A DNA stretch of 64,000 bases, taken from NCBI GenBank assembly GCA_949296775.1, contig CASFQA010000004.1, positions 3,698 through 67,697 of the forward strand. Reading direction: 5' to 3'. The notes beneath the pieces are model-generated. The model was given only the letters and a program-made list of their open reading frames with translations, was not told the DNA's origin and searched no databases. This DNA comes from an uncultured bacterium (GTDB lineage Bacteria; Bacillota_I; Bacilli_A; RFN20; CAG-826). The first letter of the stretch is position 1; the number at the start of each line of letters is the position of its first letter. This document shows positions 18,396 to 28,385 of the stretch, one piece after another. Position numbers and translations under genes: made by a program.

Positions 18396-21170
18396 TCAAT
18401 TTTGCCGATTTTTGAAACTGCCGTTCCCTCTAGTCAAAACATAGGCAAGCAGCAAAAAGAACGCCCCGAGGCCGAGCATAACCGCGAAAGGCAAGAAAGA
18501 GAAAGCAAAGCCGATAGGAGAGGCGAAAGCCGAGGATATGAACAAATGGCCAAGGACCTCCACCATCGCTAAGCCGACAATCGAAGGAAGCAAACTCAAT
18601 GCGGTCAAACCGAAACTAAGCGAAAACAGGGCCTGTTTTTCCGCTTGCTTCCTTAAACCCAATAAGCGGAAGAAACGCCACTCGCCGGCAAGCTCCAGCC
18701 GATACAAGGAAATCGCATAAGCGAAAACCACGATCGAGAGCAAAAATAAAATGGAGGAAAAAGCAATCAAGACCAAGGAAATATAATCGGTTGCCCCGCC
18801 AAAGCTCGAGTCGATAAGAGTAGTTGGGTCGACAAAATCATAGTCGGGGAAATCTTGAGAAAGAGAAGCGACCAATTCCCCCTCCTCTCCGCTTTGGCAA
18901 TACAAAACGGCCGAAGTTGGGGACAAAGCCAAAGAAGTGGTTCCGGTTTTCAATGCGAAAAAATCATTCGCCCAAAACGAAGGCAGGAATATGGTGTCGA
19001 CCGAAGTAGGCATGATTGCCTTAACGCTGAATTCAAAAAAGGTGACCTTTCTTTTATCAGCCCCATTAGGATCGACATATTCAATGGCCGCATAAAGGGT
19101 TTCCGGGCTTTCCCAAAATCGATCAAGCGAGGAAGAAATCACGATTTCCCGGAGGCTTCGGGGAATCTCTTCCGGCTTCAATCCGGAGAAATCGCTGCTT
19201 ATGTGCAACCCGCCCCGCGACGTGGACAAATAATTTCCATCTTTGACGCTAGAAGGCAACGCGATGGACGAAAGCGGTTCGGATTTTGGCAAGGTCGAAA
19301 CCGTCTCTCCCACCATAAACACCTCATCGTAGCGAGGCGAAAGATAAAAGGCATTCGCGAATCCCGACACCAAATTATCGGTAAAAGACAGATAAGAGCC
19401 ATTTGAGCAAAGCTGAGCGCCCCTCACCTCTTCCGCCTCCATCATGGACAAAACATCGTTAAGACGAAACCGCCCATTGAAAGCCGAGTACAAATAGGCT
19501 CTGGAACTCGGTTTATGCCAATCGTAGGCGGTGAGGGAGGAAAGATAAGAGGGCAAAGAAAAATCGAATACTATCTCATCGCAAAAACCTTTTTCCCGGA
19601 AAGCGGACAAAGCCAACTCCTCATCGGCTTTCAAGACGATATAAGGTAGGGAAAAGACCGATTGGGGATTAAGCGTATCGTCGCTGATCGAGGACCGAAA
19701 GTTTAAATGGTCTAGAAAATATACCTCGTTCCAATCGCGGTTAAGATGATAAATGCAAGGGGCCGAAGAACGAACTACCCCCACCACCGAGAACAGATCC
19801 TCGTTATGGAAGGAAATCGATTCATTGGCGAGTTCGACCAAAAGACGAAGCCCGCTGGAGCAAACCTCCCCTAAGCTTTGATAATTTCTTTCGATTCCCA
19901 AATCAAAGCAAAGGGAGACCATGTCAGAAAATGGGAGCCCTAAAACCACATCATCGATATCCATGCTTAATGGGAAACTCGGAAAGACCTCAGGATAGGT
20001 CTCCTCCAGCCAAAGAAACTCGTTGATGTTTCGCGAAGATAGCGAAGGGCAAGCAACCCGTTTGGCCCCGTAAAGAAAGGAAAAATCGTCGGAGGTGGAA
20101 AATAAGGAGGCGAAATCGAAGAGCAACGTTTGGCCCGAGCCCAAGATCAAGTCGGGGAAAGTGTCCTCTAAGGTCATGACCTGAAGCTCACTCGCGGCGG
20201 TTAAACCCTGATATCCCGCTTCCCCGCCGCCCTTTTTGGCAACGACGATTCTTCCTGGGGGAACGATAGAGGAAAAAGCCCCGGCTACTTCATGCTCAAT
20301 CGAATCAGTCAAATAAACCCCAGCGCTCACCCCCAGAAAAGAAGCGACTAAAGAGCCCAGCATAAAAAGGGAACGAATCTTCCGCCGCCCCAAAACATGA
20401 AAGGCATGGAGCAAAAGGGTTTGTTGGGTCGGCGAAGCCAACTGCTTTTTCTTATTTAGTTGCAAAGCTAGAACCTGCCCAGACTCTTTTTCGTTATCCA
20501 AGACTCGATCATCGATAATCCGGCCGTTCTTTAAACGGACGATCCGCGTGGCGAACGAACTCACCAGCGATTCGTCGTGGCTAACCACAATCACCAATCG
20601 GCTAGCCGAAATCTTGGATAGGCATTGCATAACCGATAACGAGGCCTCGCTATCGAGAGCAGCCGTGGGTTCATCAGCCAAAACAATTTTTGGGTCAGCG
20701 GCCAAGCAGGCGGCCAAGCCGACTCTTTGTCGTTGGCCTCCACTCATTTCGTTGACGTTTTTATAAATAAGTTTTTCCACCCCAACGAACCGAAGTAGGT
20801 CCTTAGCCCGCCTTTCTTTTTCCTTTCGGGTGCATTCAAAGATCGAGTCGAGAGGAAACTTGACGTTGGCTAAGGCAGTCTCGCTATCGAGCAAAGAAAC
20901 GTTTTGATCCAAAAAGCCAATTCTGCCACACCGATAATCCCGTCGGCTATTCTCGTCTAAAGGCCCTAGGTTAACCCCGTCCACCACCGCAAGCCCGCCA
21001 AAGCCATTTAGCAAACCGGCAATAAGATTAAGCAAGGTCGACTTACCAGAACCCGATTCGCCAACCAAAGCCACAAACCCTTTTGAAGGCAAGTCTAACG
21101 AAACGTCAATCAAAGCATTGTCACAGGCATATTTTTTGTTAACATGACGGAGGTGAATGAATTCATTCAT
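18396..21170 (-). CDS. ABC transporter ATPase-permease fusion (MacB/FtsX-like architecture)
   Basis: GESGSGKST, MSGGQRQR, LADEPT, then one TM helix, a large extracytoplasmic region and about 3 C-terminal TM helices. Confidence 0.8.
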   Translation of the reverse strand: MNEFIHLRHVNKKYACDNALIDVSLDLPSKGFVALVGESGSGKSTLLNLIAGLLNGFGGLAVVDGVNLGPLDENSRRDYRCGRIGFLDQNVSLLDSETALANVKFPLDSIFECTRKEKERRAKDLLRFVGVEKLIYKNVNEMSGGQRQRVGLAACLAADPKIVLADEPTAALDSEASLSVMQCLSKISASRLVIVVSHDESLVSSFATRIVRLKNGRIIDDRVLDNEKESGQVLALQLNKKKQLASPTQQTLLLHAFHVLGRRKIRSLFMLGSLVASFLGVSAGVYLTDSIEHEVAGAFSSIVPPGRIVVAKKGGGEAGYQGLTAASELQVMTLEDTFPDLILGSGQTLLFDFASLFSTSDDFSFLYGAKRVACPSLSSRNINEFLWLEETYPEVFPSFPLSMDIDDVVLGLPFSDMVSLCFDLGIERNYQSLGEVCSSGLRLLVELANESISFHNEDLFSVVGVVRSSAPCIYHLNRDWNEVYFLDHLNFRSSISDDTLNPQSVFSLPYIVLKADEELALSAFREKGFCDEIVFDFSLPSYLSSLTAYDWHKPSSRAYLYSAFNGRFRLNDVLSMMEAEEVRGAQLCSNGSYLSFTDNLVSGFANAFYLSPRYDEVFMVGETVSTLPKSEPLSSIALPSSVKDGNYLSTSRGGLHISSDFSGLKPEEIPRSLREIVISSSLDRFWESPETLYAAIEYVDPNGADKRKVTFFEFSVKAIMPTSVDTIFLPSFWANDFFALKTGTTSLALSPTSAVLYCQSGEEGELVASLSQDFPDYDFVDPTTLIDSSFGGATDYISLVLIAFSSILFLLSIVVFAYAISLYRLELAGEWRFFRLLGLRKQAEKQALFSLSFGLTALSLLPSIVGLAMVEVLGHLFISSAFASPIGFAFSFLPFAVMLGLGAFFLLLAYVLTRGNGSFKNRQN

Positions 21171-23196
21171 CGCGCATCTCCTTACTAAGGCTTAAATGTC
21201 GAAATGCGGCGCTCATAGCCAAAAACGATATAAGGAAGAATAGAAGCAAGAGGCCAATTAGACCTAGAAACAAGCCCATATCGATTCCGTTTTGCCCTAG
21301 CCTTAATAAGCGGCGCAGCCCGAATAGGTCTTCGAAGAGGAAATTCAAAGCCGCCGTGGCCGTAAAGGCAAGGGGAATGCTTAGGCAAGCGGATAGGCCA
21401 ATCGAAAAGAAGGAGGGAATGGTAAAGCAATTTATGACCGATGACTTCTTCGCCCCAAGGGCCATCATGATAGCCATTGGTTTCCTTGAACTGGTAAAGA
21501 TCGACAAAACCGATAGAACTATCACTAGTCCGACAAAAACGAATTCAAGAGCCAAGAAAACGACCAGGCAAGCCGATAACGCCTGACTTAAGGAAGAAAA
21601 GGAAACATAGCTAAGATAGGCACGAGAAGTGAAAGTCAAAGGGGCATCCTCTGTCGAAAAGGAATGCAGGATATCGAAAAAAGGTTGCAAATCCTTCTTA
21701 TCAGAAACGAAAATCCGATATTTGTAATTGGAATAAAACGAATCAGAAGTGGCCGAATCGCAAAGATTTTTCAAAGATAGAGTCGTTTCATCGTCGCTAA
21801 ATACAATAAGGTTAGAAGCCCAATTGGATATCGCCGGATATGAATAGTAAATCCTCGGACTATTAAGAAAGGCGAACTCCTCAACCACGCCCGCGACCAA
21901 AAGGGAGAGTTTGACTTCGATATCCTTCTGCCATCCAGGACCATCAAAGGTTCCGCCCTCTTCTACAATAAGCGATCTTCCGATGGAGGCGGCTCCGTAC
22001 TTTTCTATGAAAGCCTGGTTAACCAAACAGGAAGAAAGATCATCCTTCCCCAAGTTGCCTTCATTCAATAACTCCTTTGCGTAATCGCCACTTAAAGAGG
22101 CAACGGGAACAAACTCAGCTTCCCCTTTTTGCCCGGAAAGCAAGAACTCCACCGACTCAGGAAGCAAAAACGAATAATCGTTTTCAATTGAGTACGAGGA
22201 TAAGGAAGACAAGGCGTCCCTAACCAAATCAAATGATGGTCTTTCTTGAACGACCAAAGATAATAATGAATCGTCAGTAGAAACAATTTTTTCGTAGCTT
22301 ACCGTCGCCACTCCGGCGTCAAGAGAGCGAATCCTTTCCTTATATAAGCATGGCTCGTTGCCAAGGAAGAAACTCACCGAACATAGCAAAGAAGTAAAAC
22401 CGACCAAGCAGGCGAAGAAACAGCTGAGCAGCCGGCGCCAGGAGCGTTGGCTTTCCTTTGCCCCTTCTTTGATCCACCAAAAAGAATTTCGGCCAACCGA
22501 TATCGGCTTAGGAGTGGTTTTCTTTGTCCTCTCTTGGCATGTTCCATCGTTAATATAGATAACCCTATCAGCATATCTTCCCAGCAATTCATGGTTATGG
22601 GATACCACGACTACTAATCTTTTAGTTGACAACCGTTTTAGTAGAACCATGACCTTAATGGCATTTTCTTCATCGAGCGCCCCTGTCGGTTCATCGGCCA
22701 AGATTGCGGCCGGGGATCCAACCAAAGATCGCAGGATCGCCGCCCTTTGCTTTTCCCCGCCAGAACATTGATCCGGCCTCTTCCCCAAAAGCGACTCATC
22801 CAAAATCCCCCGAGCAAGGTTTCGGGCTTTTTCCCTTGCCTCTTCGACATTGCTCCCCGCCAAGACCAACGGGAAGGCGATATTGTCGAGCAGCGATTTA
22901 TCCTCCAAAAGATTATAGTGCTGGAATACGAGCCCCACTTCTTTTTGCCGAAATCCCAACCGCTCGGCGGGGTTCATCCGATTAAGGTTCCGACCTTTAA
23001 ATCCAATTAAACCCTTCGTCGGTCTTTCGAGCCTCGCCAACAAGTTCAGCAAAGTGCTTTTGCCAGACCCGCTTTTGCCTTCAATCCCGATAAATCCGGT
23101 GGAAGGAAAGGACAAATCAGCCGAATCCAAAGCCACCACGCGGCTATCGCCCCGTCCATAGGTTTTCCCTAACCTTCTAGTCTTGAACAGCCCCAA
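21163..23196 (-). CDS. ABC transporter ATPase-permease fusion (MacB/FtsX-like architecture)
   Basis: GKSGSGKST, CSGGEKQR, LADEPT, then the same TM layout; TTG start with GGAGG SD. Confidence 0.8.
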   Translation of the reverse strand: MGLFKTRRLGKTYGRGDSRVVALDSADLSFPSTGFIGIEGKSGSGKSTLLNLLARLERPTKGLIGFKGRNLNRMNPAERLGFRQKEVGLVFQHYNLLEDKSLLDNIAFPLVLAGSNVEEAREKARNLARGILDESLLGKRPDQCSGGEKQRAAILRSLVGSPAAILADEPTGALDEENAIKVMVLLKRLSTKRLVVVVSHNHELLGRYADRVIYINDGTCQERTKKTTPKPISVGRNSFWWIKEGAKESQRSWRRLLSCFFACLVGFTSLLCSVSFFLGNEPCLYKERIRSLDAGVATVSYEKIVSTDDSLLSLVVQERPSFDLVRDALSSLSSYSIENDYSFLLPESVEFLLSGQKGEAEFVPVASLSGDYAKELLNEGNLGKDDLSSCLVNQAFIEKYGAASIGRSLIVEEGGTFDGPGWQKDIEVKLSLLVAGVVEEFAFLNSPRIYYSYPAISNWASNLIVFSDDETTLSLKNLCDSATSDSFYSNYKYRIFVSDKKDLQPFFDILHSFSTEDAPLTFTSRAYLSYVSFSSLSQALSACLVVFLALEFVFVGLVIVLSVLSIFTSSRKPMAIMMALGAKKSSVINCFTIPSFFSIGLSACLSIPLAFTATAALNFLFEDLFGLRRLLRLGQNGIDMGLFLGLIGLLLLFFLISFLAMSAAFRHLSLSKEMRDE

Positions 23197-23199
23197 ACG

Positions 23200-23227
23200 A
23201 AAAACCTCCTACTGAATATGTAGGAGG
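23200..23227 (-). terminator. terminator after fhs-DUF951 that overlaps the SD of the ABC operon
   Basis: Minus strand CCTCCTAC-ATATTCA-GTAGGAGG-TTTTT. Confidence 0.75.
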
Positions 23228-23235
23228 GATTTCGT

Positions 23236-23457
23236 TCATTGGTTAACAGAAGTTAGGGGGCGCTCACGATGCTCGATGACTTTTTTGATTTTCGAATTGA
23301 ATTTATCCCGATCGATCATCATGACGTTCCCGCATCCTAAGCACATGATTTTAATGTCGGCTCCGACCCGGACAATTTGAAACTGCTTGGAATGGGCGAA
23401 GCAAGGGTGCGGCCTTTTCATCTCGACGATATCATATAATTGATATTCGATCACCAT
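23236..23457 (-). CDS. DUF951 family protein (YyzM-like)
   Basis: DIVEMKRPHPC...RVGADIKIMCLGCG. Confidence 0.9.
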   Translation of the reverse strand: MVIEYQLYDIVEMKRPHPCFAHSKQFQIVRVGADIKIMCLGCGNVMMIDRDKFNSKIKKVIEHRERPLTSVNQ

Positions 23458-25064
23458 GGCTCATCCTCCATCTTGACCGCGGCTGGCAGTTTCGGCAGGC
23501 CCGGCATAGTAAGTATCGAGCCGCATAAAGGGATGATGAAGTTTGCCCCGCTGGCAAAATCAATGTCCCGGATTGATATTCTAAACCCTTTAGGAACCCC
23601 AAGCTTTTTGGGGTCATCGGAAAGCGAGTTCGGGGTTTTAGCCATGCAAACATATGGCTTGTCGAGCCCTAAGCCGGAAATTAAGCGAAGTTTTTCTTCG
23701 GCTAACGGGGCGTAATCCACTCCGTCGGCCCCATAGACTCTCTTCGCTATGCAATCGATTTTTTCCTTCACAGACCATTCGCGCGAGTAAAGAGGGTGAT
23801 AATGGCTTTCTTTCTTTGACAGGGTTGCTTGAACTAGCCGAGCCAAACCAATCGCCCCATCTCCGCCCTTTAAATAACCGTCGAGGAATGCATAAGGATA
23901 GCCGTGAGCTTGGCAATGGTCCTCCAAGGCCCTGATTTCCTCATCAGAATCGCTAGCGAAATGGTTGATCGCCACCACGACCGGCAAGCCGAATTGAGTA
24001 AGGTTCTCGTAATGCTTATCAAGGTTGGCCATTCCAAGGAGCAACGCTTCGACGTTAGGGGCCTCAAGATCGGAAAAAGCCACCCCGCCATGCATTTTTA
24101 AAGCTCGGATAGTAGCAACCAAAACCGCGCAGTCGGGGTGCAAGCCACCTTCTTGAGAAGCGATATCGAGGAATTTTTCCGCCCCTAAATCGGCTCCAAA
24201 CCCCGCTTCGGTTATGACTAGCGGAGACAGCCTTAAGGCCAATTTTGTGGCGATTAGGGAATTGCATCCGTGGGCGATGTTGGCGAAGGGGCCGCCATGG
24301 ATAAGGACCGGGTTGCCTTCGGCGGTCTGGGCAAGATTAGGAAGCAAGGCCATTTTCATCAATTTCATGACGGCATGGGTGATGTGGAAATCAGCCACCG
24401 TCAAAGGCTTCCCTTCACGGGTAAAAGCGACGGTTATTTTCGAAAGCCTTGCTAAGAAATCCTCTTCATCGGAGGCTAAACATAGGATAGCCATCAATTC
24501 GCTGGCGACGGTTATGCAGAAAGAACTCTGATGGGGAGTCCCTTTCTTATCGCCTAAGGCCACGGTAATTTCCCTAAGCGAACGGTCATTCATATCTAGG
24601 GACCGTTTCCAGATTATCCGCTCCGGATCGATATTCAATGGGTTGCCTTGATAAAGGGAGTTTTCAATCACCGCCGAGATCAAATTGATCGACGATGTCA
24701 AAGCGTGCATATCGCCGGTGAAGTGGAGATTGATGTCCTCGGATGGCTCGACGGTGGCCTTGCCTCCGCCGGTCGCCCCGCCTTTTAATCCGAATACCGG
24801 CCCTAGAGAGGGTTCGCGTAGGCAAAGCAGAGCCGGTTGGCCGAGCCGGCCGAAACCCATCGATAGAGCGATTGAGGCAGTGGTTTTCCCCTCACCGGCC
24901 TTCGTCGGGGTGATGGCGCTCACCAAAACGAGCTTCCCTTGTTTCGATCCCAAGGAATTAGATATCGAAGAATCAATTTTCGCCTTATCGTGGCCATAGG
25001 GAATCAGGTATCGTTCCTCGATGCCGGCCTTTTTGGCCACCTCGCTTATTTTCAAAAGTCCCAT
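23451..25064 (-). CDS. fhs: formate--tetrahydrofolate ligase
   Basis: TPTKAGEGKTT, REPSLGP.FG.KGGATGGG, HGGPFANIAHGCNS, TEAGFGADLGAEKF, TMPGLP. Confidence 0.97.
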   Translation of the reverse strand: MGLLKISEVAKKAGIEERYLIPYGHDKAKIDSSISNSLGSKQGKLVLVSAITPTKAGEGKTTASIALSMGFGRLGQPALLCLREPSLGPVFGLKGGATGGGKATVEPSEDINLHFTGDMHALTSSINLISAVIENSLYQGNPLNIDPERIIWKRSLDMNDRSLREITVALGDKKGTPHQSSFCITVASELMAILCLASDEEDFLARLSKITVAFTREGKPLTVADFHITHAVMKLMKMALLPNLAQTAEGNPVLIHGGPFANIAHGCNSLIATKLALRLSPLVITEAGFGADLGAEKFLDIASQEGGLHPDCAVLVATIRALKMHGGVAFSDLEAPNVEALLLGMANLDKHYENLTQFGLPVVVAINHFASDSDEEIRALEDHCQAHGYPYAFLDGYLKGGDGAIGLARLVQATLSKKESHYHPLYSREWSVKEKIDCIAKRVYGADGVDYAPLAEEKLRLISGLGLDKPYVCMAKTPNSLSDDPKKLGVPKGFRISIRDIDFASGANFIIPLCGSILTMPGLPKLPAAVKMEDEPW

Positions 25065-25097
25065 ATGCAATAACCTCGCTAGCCAAAGTTTAGACCC

Positions 25098-25799
25098 TTA
25101 ATACTTTTTCGAAAGCAAAATCTTCATCGCCCCATAGGCCAAAGTTAACCCGGCGGCGGAAGGGACGGTCATAACCGAGGCCGGGACCGGGCCGGAGCAA
25201 AGGGGCGGCTCTTGGGAAAAGGCGACTGTGACCCGCGAAAGATCCAAACCTCTTTTCCGAAGTTCCGACCTCATTTTCCTAGCAAGCGGGCAAGTCGAGG
25301 TTTTATCCAAAGTCGTTAGCTCGACTTGGCTCGGGTCCATTCGGTTGCCCATGCCTAAGCACATCAAAAAGGGGATATTATTCTTTTGGCAATACTCAGC
25401 CAAAGCCACCTTGGCCTTTACGTCATCGATGCAATCGATAACCACATCGAACCTTTCAAGCGAGTAATCCTTCACCGTCTCCGGTTCTAAATACGAGGGC
25501 GCCAAATCGATTTGCCCAGAAGCGGACAAAAACGGTTTTGCGTAATCGAAAGCCGCCTCAACCTTCTTCCTTCCGATATCCAAAGGCGAAAATAGGATCT
25601 GGCGATTGAGGTTATGGGGGCTCACTTCGTCTCCGTCAACCAGCAGAAAAGTGGAAACCCCGGTCCGCAACAGGCAAATAAAGCAGGTTCCCCCAACCCC
25701 GCCAAGCCCAAAGATGGCTATTCTCCCGGCCTGAATCTTCCTTAAGCCTTCCTCGCCTATCAATCCAAGCGTCCGTTCAGACCAATCCGGATAAGTCAT
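25098..25799 (-). CDS. tcdA: tRNA threonylcarbamoyladenosine dehydratase (ThiF/E1-like)
   Basis: GLGGVGG, NLNRQ, DCID, GNRMDP, CPLARKMR.ELRKRG. Confidence 0.85.
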   Translation of the reverse strand: MTYPDWSERTLGLIGEEGLRKIQAGRIAIFGLGGVGGTCFICLLRTGVSTFLLVDGDEVSPHNLNRQILFSPLDIGRKKVEAAFDYAKPFLSASGQIDLAPSYLEPETVKDYSLERFDVVIDCIDDVKAKVALAEYCQKNNIPFLMCLGMGNRMDPSQVELTTLDKTSTCPLARKMRSELRKRGLDLSRVTVAFSQEPPLCSGPVPASVMTVPSAAGLTLAYGAMKILLSKKY

Positions 25800-26649
25800 T
25801 TAGGATATCCTCCTCGGTCTTAATCCAATTAATCGGGAACTGGTGACGGAAAAACGTCTCCTGCCGCTTAACGTAATGACGGGTGTTCTTCTTTATGTCG
25901 GCCTTGGCTTCCTCAAGGGATATCTTCCCATCGAAATAAGGGAAAAGCTCCTTGACGCCGATGGCTTTGAAAGCCTGGCAATCACGGCCGTATTTTTCCA
26001 CTAATCGCCGGTCCTCATCCACTAAACCCATCTCAAACATCCGTTCGACCCGCTGCTCGACCCGGGGATAAATATCCTCGCGGTCAACTTCTAGCCCATA
26101 GAAACGAACGTCATAAATCGGCTGATGGGATTGCGACTGCTTGATTTCGCTTTTCTTTTCTCCAGCCAACGCCATCGCGATAAGCCGAAGCAGACGAACC
26201 CGATTATGAGGGTGGATGGTTTTGGCTTCGGCCTCGTCTAAAGACAACGCGGCGGCGAATAACTTCTCATCGTCAAGTTTTTCGTAAGCGGATAAATCAA
26301 CCTTTCTAAGCGAGGGGAACCGATAATCATAAAGCCCTGCCCGGATATAAAGCCCCGTCCCGCCGGCGATGACGACGTTCCGCCCCAGCTTTTCCAAAGT
26401 AACGATCGCCGAACGCAAGTCAGCTTGATACTCCGCGACCGAATAGGAAGAGGGCAAAGGGATGAAGTCAAAGAGGAAATGAGGGGCTTCCATCATCATC
26501 TCGACGCTGGGTTTGGCGGTGGCGATATTAAGCTCCTCATACACTTGGAAGGCATCGGCGTTGACGATCCCGGCATTGAGTTTTTTGGCTAAGCGGATCG
26601 CCAGCTCGCTTTTTCCAGAACCCGTCACGCCCGTTAAAACGATGATCAT
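25777..26649 (-). CDS. miaA: tRNA dimethylallyltransferase
   Basis: GVTGSGKS, NADAFQVY...IATAK, GGTGLY, AIGVKE, TRHYVKRQ.TF. Confidence 0.95.
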   Translation of the reverse strand: MIIVLTGVTGSGKSELAIRLAKKLNAGIVNADAFQVYEELNIATAKPSVEMMMEAPHFLFDFIPLPSSYSVAEYQADLRSAIVTLEKLGRNVVIAGGTGLYIRAGLYDYRFPSLRKVDLSAYEKLDDEKLFAAALSLDEAEAKTIHPHNRVRLLRLIAMALAGEKKSEIKQSQSHQPIYDVRFYGLEVDREDIYPRVEQRVERMFEMGLVDEDRRLVEKYGRDCQAFKAIGVKELFPYFDGKISLEEAKADIKKNTRHYVKRQETFFRHQFPINWIKTEEDILNDLSGLV

Positions 26650-28385
26650 TGGAGAATGGCCTTCATTTCCTCGAATAAATCACGCAAATCATCGCTGGCC
26701 GAGATGAAGTTTATATAATGCGGATTCTCCTCAATTGAAGCAGAAATCTTTGCAAAAGTGGCTTTTTTTGCTTCGTAATCATTTGAACCGAGGGAGAGGG
26801 CCAAAGCCTTTTGGGCCGCTTCTTTCTCAGCGAGAAGCCGCTGCAACTCGGCATCGGATGCAAAGGCTTCTTTGGCCGCCAAATAATTGATATAAGCCGG
26901 CTCTTGGGTAAGTTTTTCCTTCGCTTTGCCTAAGATGACGTCGACGGGATTTTCGTTCAATTCACCTAGCATCGAGTAGGCGTGGTTTTCGATAATCCTC
27001 ACCTTGACTATATGGCCCTTTAAATAGCTTGGCCCCGGGAAATTGACCAACTTATTCGATTCGGTATAGCCGGAGAGGATGGCGGCGTTTTTCTTGCTGG
27101 GCCCATCGACTAACACATCGTAGGTTTTGCCAACCATCTCAGCGGAATGATAGACGACGCCGGCTTCCACGACCTTCACCAGCCGGTTGAACCGTTCATG
27201 CTTAGTCTCGTCAGACACGTTATCGGCCATTTTCGCCGCCGGGGTCCCGACTCGCGGGGAATAGATGAAGGTAAAGGCGGCATCATACTTAACTTCCTCG
27301 CATAAGGTAAGGGTTTCCTCAAATTGCTCTTCGGTTTCATTGGGGAAGCCAACGATGATGTCGGTGGTGATCGCGCAGTCGGGCATCCTTTCCCGAATGG
27401 CTTTGACCAAGTCCAAATACTGTTCTCGGGTATAACGACGGCCCATCTTCCGAAGAACCTCGGTCGATCCGCTTTGGACCGGAAGGTGGATGCATTTCAT
27501 GATATTGGGATACTTGGCGATGACATCGAGCATCTCCAACGAAAAATCCCAAGGATGGGAAGTGGTAAAGCGAAGCCGGGGGATTCCAAGCTTCGCCACT
27601 TCTTCCAAGACCGTGGCAAAGCTGGTCCCGTCATGAAAATCCTTACCATAGGAATTGACGTTTTGCCCCAGCAAAGTTATCTCCTGATATCCCTCGGCGA
27701 CTAAATTCCGGCATTCCTCGATGATCGATTGCAACGGCCGGCTTCTTTCCCGTCCCCGGGTATAAGGGACGATGCAATAGGTGCAGAACTTATCGCAGCC
27801 ATAAGAAATATTGACGAAGGCTTTGTAAGGATCAAGCCGGATCGAGGGGAGGTTCTCGATTACATCCCCGGGATAAGAGATGACGTCGACCACTCCCTGA
27901 CGGGTGGTGATGACCTGATCGAGCAACGAAGGCAGATCCGCGATGTTATGAGTCCCGAAGATGAGTTTGATGAAAGGATAGGTCTTGATGAGTTTCTCGG
28001 CCTTGGCTTCCTCTTGCATCATGCATCCGCATACCCCGAGGATAAAATCCTTATCGGCGGTGGCGTTGGCCTTGAATTTGCCGATTTCCCCATAAACCTT
28101 GTCTTCGGCGTTTTCCCTGACCGCGCAGGTGTTGACGATGACTAAATCGGCGGTTTTTTCATCGCTTGTTTTGCTAAATCCGGCTTTTTCGAGGTAACCG
28201 GATATTATCTCTTCGTCCCTGACGTTGCCTTGGCAGCCAAAAGTCTTGACTAAATACTTCTTCCCTTGGGCAAAACGCCTTAAGGCATCCGAGTAAACGG
28301 CTTCATCATATTTGATGCTCGCCCCATCTTGGCGATTACGGGCTTTGCTTAAATCAGGCAACGATATTATTCGGCAACGGCTCAT
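26646..28385 (-). CDS. miaB: tRNA-i6A37 methylthiotransferase with about 100-aa C-terminal helical extension
   Basis: TFGCQGN, NTCAVRENAE, GCDKFCTYC (radical SAM), TDIIVGFP, TRAM domain, then an extra helical domain. Confidence 0.95.
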   Translation of the reverse strand: MSRCRIISLPDLSKARNRQDGASIKYDEAVYSDALRRFAQGKKYLVKTFGCQGNVRDEEIISGYLEKAGFSKTSDEKTADLVIVNTCAVRENAEDKVYGEIGKFKANATADKDFILGVCGCMMQEEAKAEKLIKTYPFIKLIFGTHNIADLPSLLDQVITTRQGVVDVISYPGDVIENLPSIRLDPYKAFVNISYGCDKFCTYCIVPYTRGRERSRPLQSIIEECRNLVAEGYQEITLLGQNVNSYGKDFHDGTSFATVLEEVAKLGIPRLRFTTSHPWDFSLEMLDVIAKYPNIMKCIHLPVQSGSTEVLRKMGRRYTREQYLDLVKAIRERMPDCAITTDIIVGFPNETEEQFEETLTLCEEVKYDAAFTFIYSPRVGTPAAKMADNVSDETKHERFNRLVKVVEAGVVYHSAEMVGKTYDVLVDGPSKKNAAILSGYTESNKLVNFPGPSYLKGHIVKVRIIENHAYSMLGELNENPVDVILGKAKEKLTQEPAYINYLAAKEAFASDAELQRLLAEKEAAQKALALSLGSNDYEAKKATFAKISASIEENPHYINFISASDDLRDLFEEMKAILQ

